Below, piece after piece: positions 25,501 through 37,449 of a DNA stretch of 64,000 nt; within the stretch, counting starts at the first letter, position 1; every line of letters starts with the position of its first letter. The position numbers were made by a program, and so were the translations under genes. The notes under the pieces were generated by a model, which was not told the DNA's origin, made no database searches, and saw nothing but the letters and a program-made list of their open reading frames with translations. The DNA is from Macrostomum hystrix. Its lineage: Eukaryota; Animalia; Platyhelminthes. The stretch lies in contig CATNEN010000039.1 of assembly GCA_950097015.1 (NCBI GenBank), positions 19,778,001 through 19,842,000 of the forward strand. The letters run 5' to 3'.

Positions 25501-28500
25501 GTTATTTGCAACACGAAAAAATTCTAGAGCTACGTACTTCAGCTCTTTCTAGATGGGGCGCGTGCAGGAAACTTAACTTGCGATTAAGTAATTGCGAAGG
25601 CGACAGAAAAGGTGACAGAATCAAACAAAACTAATTAAGGCCACAAACATCGACATGGATAGCTCATGAATTAGGAAGCAAAGCTCCACATGCTGTCGAC
25701 CTTTGCTTTCAGACCACTTGCCTAGTTACTTTGAAAATTCGCAACAGTCTGAGCGCTCTCAAAACGCTCAGACCAAATGAAGTTAATGGGTGAAAGACGG
25801 TCCAGACTATCTCGAAGGTGCTGGCCAAAATTACCTGGAATGGTGTGCCCCAGATACGATGGCAAAGATTCAGGAACAAGCTCCGGACAAAAAATGACAA
25901 GTTTTATATAATCGAAGTCCTACACCAGTTAAAATACAAAATTCATTAACACTTCACGGTGCGGCATTTTTAGACTCATTTAGTGCTCAGAAATGCTCGA
26001 TTGTGAGGACGTAGCGCAGCAGTTTCTTTAGTAAATATATAATGCAACACGCTTTCACTTACAGTACAGTCGAAGATGTTGAAGGACGACTTGAAGTATA
26101 TCCGAATGCCTAGGCCGTACATTTTTATGCACATCTCGGACATGAAGAGACCCAGGAATACGAATTCGGCATAGTCTGAAAATAAATGAATAAATACTTT
26201 CTGGCTAATTACGGCTCGTACTTGGCAACAGTTAGTTGGGAGGCGCATCTGGATTTCGCTGGCTACTTAGCTCACACGCTCGCAGATACGGACACAGGGT
26301 GCTCACTCACTCGAAACTTAATTATTCACATTTGGCTGTAGTTGACATTTGGCAGTTGGCAGCTGGATTGCAGTATACTTTCATCAACTGATCCAGAACA
26401 GCCCACTGTCAACTGCCATCAACTGCAGGCCTTGCGTGAACTAGCCCTTATTTGCCCGCCCGCCCTTGACTTTCCGATCGTCACACAGTGTACACACTCA
26501 CTCCGTTTTGGGTTCGGCCCTCATGGTCGCAAATTGCACGAATAGCACCAAGCCCCAACTAAATTTCGGTCGCACGCCGTTCCTGCTCAGCTTCACCTCT
26601 AATCCAGAAATAGTATGTTCTAAGCACTCATTTGGGCACTTTAACTTTGACCAGATTTATATAACTTGAAAGGAATTAGAGTTAAGCTTACACAGGAAAG
26701 AGCTGAGCCAGTCCGGCTGCCGGTAGTGCTCAACAGAGACGCAGAGGGTGTTCAGAAAAACCAGGATAATGACTACCCAATAGAAGGCCTGGCTTTTCAC
26801 CATGCGCCGAATGGAATAACGGAAGCGCTTCTCGGTACGCCAGCACCAGGCGCAGCGCTTCGGTTGACGCTTCTTGCGACTGCTGCCGCCACTGGTTGGC
26901 TCGCCTAATGGTTCGATGGGTTACAATACTATAATAACAATCAGTGAACTCAAATGAGCAGTAATTTATTAGTGACTCCAAGAAAGATATAAAAATATTA
27001 CCCTTGAGAACACTCAAGCATACAAGGTGCGAGCGTACGTACGCAAGCATCTCACCCTTTAGATGGAAAATTGATAGATTAGAAAGACAAAGCAGACAAC
27101 GCTTTTCAAAAAGCGTTTCAAAAAGGAAGGAATATGGAGACGAACTTCCTAATTTATAAGCACCCGTTGAAGTCGCTTTCCATAATCGTCCATATTGGAA
27201 AACTTGGACGCTTGATTTCAGTCTTCTCGCTCTGAATAAAACTAACTCGAGTGATTCTGCAGGTAAACATGCGGTTCAGGTCCGCTATTTGCTTAGAAAA
27301 TCGCGGGAAGTATCCTTATCGAGGGAGATATTGCCTTCCAGCAGATAAGAATTAAAAATCCTTAGAAATTCGTGCAACATTAGTGGGCAGGTATGAAACT
27401 CTACATTTATTCGATTCTTAAATATACTCTTACAGATTGTTCTCTCGGATGAAAATTGCAAGTTCGTCTATAACTGATTATTACAAACTAGTGATCATAG
27501 TGCCTTATGTGTTTGCAGATTAGTAGATTAACAGGTATTAATCATCTAAAGGATGATCCAGCCGAGACACTATACTCGAGAAAATAGCATATTATTGAAG
27601 CGGCTCAAACAGGCAACTCACGGATATCATAGAGGTAGTCCTCTCCGTCTTCGCCTTGAGCCTCTCGCAGATCGGACGACTTGCTTTTAGATTTGCCGCG
27701 TTTGAAACGCCTCGATGCCATGCGGCCGCGATCTTCAGGGTGAAGAGAAAAACTTGATCACGAATTCAAGGATCTGCTACTAGTGAACTTTCTACTCCGA
27801 GGACGTTAAAACAAACTTATAAGAAATCACTGTTGCGCCAAAACGTTGGATTCTATTCTCACCTTCCATTATTTTCATCTTGACATCATCCGGCGCGCTG
27901 TCCTCGTTGAGGGTGACCTCCTCGGCTTTGCAGATCCACTCCATATAGCCGTTGAGTTCGCGCTCAATCTGCTGCTGTCGGCGCAGTTTGAGAAATGCTC
28001 GCCGATTTTCAACTCGCTCTCGCTCCTTGGCGAACTCTCTGCAAATCAGAAAAATTAAGTTTGCAATTTCGCAGCAATTTCCAACTCCGGATATCTCGGC
28101 GAGGAGCGCGATGATGTATCAAATGGACTAAAACCACTGGACATAGGTATGTTATTCAGGTACGCAGGCATAATGTCGCTCTGTGTTATGTACATCTGCC
28201 CCGATTGTCTCATTGTCGGGCAGTCGGACACTTTTACCGCGTCCAGGAGGAGGTTGACCTTCAGTGCGCATATATATGGTCTAATAATGCGGTCTCGCAC
28301 CGGATTCGAACTCAGGGACCATGATGCGAGAGTGAGACACTTATAGCCACTCCATGACTCAACCGTCCTTAACAGAAAATCAGACCTACTATTCCTGCCT
28401 AGTTCACAACGGCTCTATAAGGCATTCGATGATTCGAAATCCTTTAAGGTAGAGAATAGTTTGAGTACAACTGCGTCTCTTGGAACAGTAGCCTAGGCTG

Positions 28501-31500
28501 TAGCGCAGTCTGAGTGACTGTGAACATGACACTCATCCCCACACACCATAGATAGACATTATAAGCTGCGTTCGATACATCACAGGGCACGTGGAAGTGG
28601 GCCTAAGGGCAACAAGTATTTATTATTAATGAATACTCACGATGCTCAATCATAAAACCCTAATAACTTTCTTTCTGACGAAGCCATTTATTTAATATAC
28701 TTAAAACTCTAGGGTCAAGATTTAAATAGAATCTGTTATGCTTTGGCGCACATCAGCTTACCCGCTGAGGACACCGAGAACTAGGTTGAGCATGAAGAAG
28801 GAGCCCAGGATTATCAGGATAATAAAGTACACCAAGTTGAAGTTCACCGATGACAAATAGACGTCGTCTGTCTGGAAGGATTTATTCGGTAAAAATCGGT
28901 AGTTTAAAACGATGGACTATGTTTGTTTGTTTTCGCTGTGCATATAAATGAAGCACTTATACTTGTTACTGGGAAGCATTTGACACTTACAGCGTACATG
29001 ACGTCTGTCCAGCCCTCCATAGTGATGCACTGGAACACTGTCAGCATAGCGTACAGTATGTTGTCAAAGCTGGTGATGCCATAGTTGGGTCCCTCCCAGT
29101 AGGCTTTGCACTCGTAGCCCTCCGGGCACTGGATGCCCGTGGCCTGGCTGACGTTGCCGTTCATTTGAACGTCGCAGGGCACGAGATTTGGGAAGCCTGG
29201 TATGCTGTCTGGCAGTTCGTTGCTGCCTGCAGGTCAGGAGGCGGATGCGGATGCATAGATTCGGGCATGGAAATGCTTCACAGTTTTTAACCAGGGCTGC
29301 TGTGCGGACAGCAAGTTTACAAAATTCGCGTACCGGGTAACGGGTAATATTTTTTCAAGCGTTTCGGTAATTTGGGTATCGAGTTGCTAAAATCAGACCG
29401 AGTATTCACTTTTTACCATACATCATCATCCCAATGCCGACCCCTTTACAAATTGTTGCTTTTTCACATAACAAAAGACCAACATATTTTGCTAATTTTT
29501 GTGTCAATTTAAGTAAGCTTAACAGTTCAGAACTTTACACGTCAGTTTGTAACTTTGTGTGACACCACTCATCTCGGGCGATGAGTAGCAAAGCCTTTAA
29601 CCAAGGTCCCTATAAGCTCGATTCCGCCGCGAGGCCACGTTAATTTGGGGCGCAGCCGCCGAGAGAAGGCTTGGTGGCTTGTCGTGCAATATACGCCCTT
29701 GAGGGCCAACCTCCAAGGCACAGTGAGAGTGTGTACACTGGCTGACGATAAGAAAGTCAGAGCAGATGTACACACCTGTGTGTGTGCCTGCGTACAGTAT
29801 CTGTGTGCGTGTGTGCTCAGGAGTCAGCGAAATGGGCAGAATTGCCTCCTCGCTGGCTTTGGGTCCAGTGTCACCAAATTATGTGCAGCCTGCAGCCCTC
29901 CTGCAATTATTATTATTATTAGTACTTTTTTATCGATAATCTCTCTCTACTCTCCTCAACTTTACTTAACTCTACTCTACCCTTCTCTCCTCTCTTCACT
30001 TCTGCAGTTTCACTTTATGAGAAATCCATGCTGCTTCCCTATTTTTTCTATTTCCTTAAAAACAGTTCTATAAAATACAATGAAAATGCAATAATTTTAT
30101 GACACAAATGACAAATCTCACTGGTTTTTGTTAACTACCCGGCTCATTATCCGGTGAAAACACAGCCCGGGTTTAAACTCATTCAATCGAGCTTACCATT
30201 TTTAAAGCAGGTTTTGTGAAAGATTCCGCTGAAAAACTCCAGGCCGATGATGGCAAATATGAGGATTGCGAATAGCACCAAGACAGCGATTTGGAGCAAG
30301 GGAGCCATTGCCCGGATGATCGACTTCAGCACCACCTGAAGGCCTGCAGTGAAAAGCAAGGTATGGGACATGCTGCTGGATGTTGGAGAATGCTGTTCAT
30401 TAATTGAGTAACTGCAGACACCGCTTGTGCTAGTAACTTGGTTAACCTGAAGGCAATATATCTCAGGGATACAATAACTCGCTGATCTCTGAAAACCATA
30501 AAAAAACTTATTTGAGTGCAACTCTTCGACACATGCGAGCTTCCTAGATCTCTATCACATCTAAAGTCTAAAGCTCTTAGTAAAATATTGATAATAATAA
30601 AAGGTACAGATAACCCGATATTCTATGAAAAATAAGTCATGCACTAAAATTTCCATGCAACCTGTTAATAGACGAGTAATTTGTAACAAAAAATACAATC
30701 CGCACCATGCATAATGCAAAGCTTGAAATTAATTAATACTTGTACGAGATTTTAGCGAACTGTTTCTGTCAATCCATGCAACCCAAAAATTTCATGTCAG
30801 ATTTCGTTTCCATAGTTCAGAGCAATTGTCGAGGGATTTCAAAACTAGCACAGATTTTATTTAGTAATTATTGATGAGCGAAGAAAACTGTCACTTATCA
30901 AAATGGATTTATCTCTAAAAATATTTTTTGGTTTCTGCTTCTGGAGTGAATGTTTCTGAATATTGAAATTAAAACCATGCGCCAGATACATTCTCTTCTA
31001 GAAAACCTATTGTTTAAGTAAAATAGACCAACCTATTGAATTAGAATATTGTGCATAGCGGAGTAAAGTTATTTATCAATGCTGACTTCACCTGTGCTGC
31101 TTTGTGCGGTGAGACCAAATTAAGGTCGTTTGTGAGGAATATAGGATGCAATGAATCACATTCAAGATGGAGTGGAATGAAACACATTCAAGATGGAGTG
31201 GAATGAATCACATTCAAGATGGAGTGGAATGAATCACAGTCAAGATGGAGTGGAATGAATCACATTCAAGATGGAGTGGAATGAATCACATTCAAGATGG
31301 AGTGGAATGAAACACATTCAAGATGGAGTGGAATGAATCACAGTCAAGATGGAGTGGAATGAATCACATTCAAGATGGAGTGGAATGAATCACAGTCAAG
31401 ATGGAGTGGAATGAATCACATTCAAGATGGAGTGGAATGAATCACATTCAAGATGGAGTGGAATGAATCACATTCAAGATGGAGTGGAATGAATCACAGT

Positions 31501-34500
31501 CAAGATGGAGTGGAATGAATCACATTCAAGATGGAGTGGAATGAAACACATTCAAGATGGAGTGGAATGAATCACAGTCAAGATGGAGTGGAATGAATCA
31601 CATTCAAGATGGAGTGGAATGAATCACAGTCAAGATGGAGTGGAATGAAACACATTCAAGATGGAGTGGAATGAATCACAGTCAAGATGGAGTGGAATGA
31701 AACACATTCAAGATGGAGTGGAATGAATCACATTCAAGATGGAGTGGAATGAAACACATTCAAGATGGAGTGGAATGAAACACATTCAAGATGGAGTGGA
31801 ATGAAACACATTCAAGATGGAGTGGAATGAATCACAGTCAAGATGGAGTGGAATGAAACACATTCAAGATGGAGTGGAATGAATCACAGTCAAGATGGAG
31901 TGGAATGAAACACATTCAAGATGGAGTGGAATGAAACACATTCAAGATGGAGTGGAATGAATCACATTCAAGATGGAGTGGAATGAAACACATTCAAGAT
32001 GGAGTGGAATGAATCACAGTCAAGATGGAGTGGAATGAATCACATTCAAGATGGAGTGGAATGAATCACAGTCAAGATGGAGTGGAATGAATCACATTCA
32101 AGATGGAGTGGAATGAATCACATTCAAGATGGAGTGGAATGAATCACAGTCAAGATGGAGTGGAATGAATCACAGTCAAGATGTTTAGGTTTCTAATCTT
32201 GAGTTGAGCTCAAGCTAGTCTAGTTGAGTCTAGCTGAGACGCGGTGTCAAAGTAAGTAAAGTCAGCAGCACTATGTTAAAAAACGGAAGTAGCACAATAA
32301 AAAGTAGTGATAAGCTCGTAAAAGAAAGAGAGCGATAGGAAAGCTGCGGCCAACGTTGTTTTGGGCCAAACCGTACTGGGTATGCCGGAGACCAGTTTCA
32401 GCGGTCTGAGCACGCGGACCGCTCTCAGTGTCCGCAAGTCAAAGTTGCTCTGATTTGACGCGAACAATGTGACAAACCTGAAAACGATGCGCCATGTTTT
32501 TAAATAAAGTATTAGACTTCATTTACCCATTACACATGCACTCTGTTGGTTGGACGGATAGGATAAAACGAAATCACGTTTAAAAAACAGACAGGCATTC
32601 AGGCATACTACAGTCTTCTAAAATAGCGTCCTAAACTTACAATAATGTCAAAATTGCATGTTGGCTTGTTTTACAAAAAACTGTTAAGCCATTAGCAGTA
32701 TGGTGTAACAAGCGGTGAGTGCACTTTTCATATAAAATCGGTAACTGTACACAGCGGGTTAGGAAACTTTTGCTCGATTTTTACACAACAAAATGAACAA
32801 TTAGGTTAAATATTGTGATCGTTTGAGTCAATTGAAACTCTACGCGGTTCCTTGACACTTCAAAACGTCCAATTATGTTTCAAACAGACAACTAATTATT
32901 ATGACGAGGTAAAAACCATAACGAAAAAGAGCTACGCGTATAAGTCTGTGAGATTGCTACTTCTAGGCAAAGTACTAAAAACTAATTAAATTAATCTTGT
33001 TTGTTTTCTTTGCTGTTAAATTCAAACACGAACATAGGTCGACTAAGGGAACACGAGGATTAAATTGGTCGCTTGATTGCTGGGGAATAAAACGTAATCT
33101 TTGCTGACAATAGGTTCAGTTGCGGTACAGTTGCCACGCAGTGAATAAGGGAGGACTGAATACTTTCGGTGCAAGGTAATATAACTTTTTTTCATATTTT
33201 TATAACGGAATTTCCAGGGAAAAGAGGCAAACTGTGAATTATTTTTTTACAAAACTTTTGATTTTTTCTGAACTAATCCCCCCCGAGGTGGGTGTAGACA
33301 GGCCGAGACTGGCAACTTACTCTCGAAACCTGTGACTAGTTTGAGAGGCCTGAGTACTCTCAGCGCCCTCAGGGCCGGCTGGTCAAAGGTTGGCAGGATA
33401 AACGCTAAAAGTCTGAAAGCAAGCGGAGATTGTGAGGTCACTGCGAAAACAAAAATAAACGATTGCACCCACCACCGCTAATTAACTGAGGCGAAATTCC
33501 CCCAGTGCGAAAATTCTAAGGAAATCGTTTGTCGTAAAGTTCAAACAAGTAACAAGTAACTTTTTCGAGTCATTCGACAGATTTCTAATCGAGCGAATCA
33601 TTCTACAGATTTCCAATCGATCGAGCGAAGACCTAGCGAATCATTCGACAGATTTCTAATCGAGCGAATCAGTCGACAGATTTCTAATCGAGCGAATCAT
33701 TCTACAGATTTCTAATCGATCGAGTGAAGACCTAGCGAATCATTCGACAGATTTCTAATCGAGCGAATCATTCGACTAATTTCTAATCGAGCGAATCATT
33801 CTACAGATTTCTAATCGAGCGAATCATTCGACTAATTTCTAATCGAGCGAATCATTCTACAGATTTCTAATCGATCGAACGAAGACCGAGCGAGTCATTC
33901 TACAGATTTCTAATCGATCGAGCGAAGACCGAGCGAGTCATTCTACAGATTTCTAATCGATCGAGCGAAGACCGAGCGAGTCATTCTACAGATTTCTAAT
34001 CGATCGAGCGAAGACCGAGCGAGTCATTCGACAGATTTCTAATCGATCGAGCGAACACCGAGCGAGTCATTCGACAGATTTCTAATCGATTGAGCGAGGA
34101 TCGAGCGAGTCATTCGACGTATTTCTAACAAGGTGAGTTTTTTGACAGACTCTTGCTCTGCAAAGCGATTCGTTCGACAACTGTTCGCGTGATCGTGCAA
34201 TTTCTCGGGAACTTCATAAAAAAATTTCCAAGTGCACAAAGTCAGCTTGCTATTTGAGATTATTTTGGTGTATGAACTCTACGACAAACTTGAAGCTACA
34301 AAGTAGCCACGCTGGTTGAGAAGCACGCAATGTTTCGCTATCTAAGAGCGTGTAGTTTATGATGACTTGGGTTTGTAGCTAAGGTTTGTGCGCGATGCCG
34401 CATGCACCAAAGATGAGGTAAAAATATGAAGTAAAATTATGTACGAGTAGTTCGTTGGCTGCTAAACTTGACTTGACGATTTTAATTTTGTGACGCATCC

Positions 34501-37399
34501 ATCTACAAGCATAATTCTACGATAAGTTATAATAAAAGTACTCATAGTTATTCGAATGTCAAATAAAAGTCTAGCAGAATAATGTTTATTGGTAAATTTT
34601 CTCCATAAAAAAGAGTATTTCGGTTATTAATAAAACGGTGCCGTGCAATCTAATTTTTGTGATAAAAAGTGTCAATCTTTCTCCGATTTTTGAGATCTGG
34701 GAGGCGACTTGTTTTTTAATTACATTTTTTGAAATGATTTGAGACGTTTAATATACAATGCTCAATGTGGATATAAAAGGTAAGAACCATTTCCTGTAGT
34801 GTCAGGATATTTGTTCGAAAACTTTTTTCTGAAACTGAAACTTAGGTTAAAATGCTTGAAACATTAAACGTTTTTAAACTTTTTTCTAGCGGTGATGGCC
34901 TCATTATCTCGATATAATTAATCATTAAAAAACAGTCACACGGCTCACACTTTTCAATAGAAAGTTAGGATTTCTCAGACTTACCCAGTGACAACAACAA
35001 CAAAGTCCATGATGTTCCAGATGTTGCGCAGGTAGGCGCCTTTGTGCATCACAAAGCCTAAGGCGACAATTTTCAGCAGGGCTTCAACGCAGAAGATGCC
35101 GAGGAAGTAGCGCTCTGTCATGTCCTGCAGATTGCGAGCACAGTAAAACATCACTTACAAGCGACCATTTAGGGCACTAAGTACATGGTTTTTCTGACTA
35201 TCCTTCAACGAGACACTCAGGACATTAAGCTACTTTGAGCATCCTTCAACGAGACACTCAGGAAATTAAGCTACATTGAGCATCCTTCAACGAGACACTC
35301 AGGACATTAAGCTACATTGAGCATCCTTCAACGAGACACTCAGGACATTAAGCTACATTGAGCATCCTTCAACGAGACACTCAGGACATTAAGCTACATT
35401 GAGCATCCTTCAACGAGACACTCAGGACATTAAGCTACATTGAGCATCCTTCAACGAGACACTCAGGACATTAGCTACATTGAGCATCCTTCAACGAGAC
35501 ACTCAGGACATTAAGCTACATTGAGCATCCTTCAACGAGACACTCAGGACATTAAGCTACCTTGAGCATCCTTCAACGAGACACTCAGGACATTAAGCTA
35601 CATTGAGCATCCTTCAACGAGACACTCAGGACATTAAGCTACATTGAGCATCCTTCAACGAGACACTCAGGACATTAAGCTATACATTGAGCATCCTTCA
35701 ACGAGACACTCAGGACATTAAGCTACATTGAGCATCCTTCAACGAGACACTCAGGACATTAAGCTACATTGAGCATCCTTCAACGAGACACTCAGGACAT
35801 TAAGCTACATTGAGCATCCTTCAACGAGACACTCAGGAAATTAAGCTACCTTGGTCATCCTTCAACGAGACACTCAGGACATTAAGCTACCTTGATCATC
35901 CTTCAACGAGACACTCAGGACATTAAGCTACCTTGATCATCCTTCAACGAGACACTCAGGACATTAAGCTACCTTGATCATCCTTCAACGAGACACTCAG
36001 GACATTAAGCTACATTGAGCATCCTTCAACGAGACACTCAGGACATTAAGCTACATTGAGCATCCTTCAATGAGACACTCAGGACATTAAGCTACATTGA
36101 GCATCCTTCAACGAGACACTCAGGACATTAAGCTACATTGAGCATCCTTCAACGAGACACTCAGGACATTAAGCTACCTTGATCATCCTTCAACGAGACA
36201 CTCAGGACATTAAGCTACATTGGTCATCCTTCAACGAGACACTCAGGACATTAAGCTACCTTGGTCATCCTTCAACGAGACACTCAGGACATTAAGCTAC
36301 CTTGATCATCCTTCAACGAGACACTCGGTAGATTAAGCTACATTGAGCATCCTTCAACGAGACACTCAGGACATTAAGCTACCTTGAGCATCCTTCAAAG
36401 AGATACTCGGTAGAAGCTAGGTTACTGACAATTCATCAGCGAGACACTAATTGTATTTAGCTACGCTAATGACCACCTTTCAAACAACAATTGGCTATAA
36501 AAAACAAAAAAACGAATTACGACTTTAAAGTGACGTCAAAGTCAGAACAGTCCACTTACCAGCTTGGTGGACAGAGGTGTTTTGTCGCCCCTGGGTAGGT
36601 GCTCTTCGGCACCGAGCACAACACAGTTGGCAATGATGGTGAGCAGCACCATGTACTCGAAGGGCGTACACAGAGAGATAAAGGCACAAATATGCCAGTT
36701 CTTGGTTAAGGAATAAACTGAGAGTTTGCTGACAGAAACACTACTGTTTTAAGACATATATTTGAATATATTTTTTTGTATAGCAAATACCCCTTTCTAC
36801 ATCTGTCTCATCTCCCATCTTCTTTTCCACACGCTGTCTTAGTCTTTTCAGTAAAAAATTTACTGGCAGCATTTTCCTAGAAACAAAACTACAAAAACTG
36901 AAATTTAAACTACAAATATTTATTTTCGATTAAAAGGATATCCCCACTCGATGATGATCTTGGCGTACTTCCTGATAATGTTCTCTTCAGAGAAGATGCA
37001 CAGGGAGCGGGTCGGCGTGTTGCCAAGGCCGGGTAGGCCCATGTTCAGGGTCCGGCGTGCGATGTTGCGCAGTGAAGCATTCTTCGAGTCGCCGCTGCCA
37101 CCGCCGCCCATGCCGCCGGCGCCTGCGCCGCCTCTGCCAGCACTGTCGTCCAGCGACTCTCCGCCGTCGACAGTCAGCGTGGCCATTCTGACAAGGTCGT
37201 TGCGACGCTGGTGCACTGTCATTGCTGGCTGGTGCGTGTTCTCTCTACTTTGGATTAGAATCTGGGCCAGAGACAAAATATACTAAACTCTAACTACGAA
37301 GCTGATTAGCGTTAATTTAGCTGCAACAATTGCTGCAGCTGCTGCTGCTTCTACCGCGGCGGCGGCTGCTGCTGCTGCTGCAGTTGCAGTTGCAGTTAG

Positions 37400-37449
<50 letters not shown>

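Noticed and set aside
27050-27240. Extra I-II linker exon or second AID exon (as in Drosophila cac I-IIa/b)
   Set aside because: Splice-like signals exist, but the required frame hits a stop and there is no AID similarity.
29291-30170. Old TIR element around the SINE (CAGGGCTG...CAGCCCGG)
   Set aside because: The inverted match is too short and no TSD is present.
35200-36412. CRISPR-like regular repeats (also 31150-32183)
   Set aside because: Head-to-tail units without unique spacers, in eukaryotic introns, with no cas genes.
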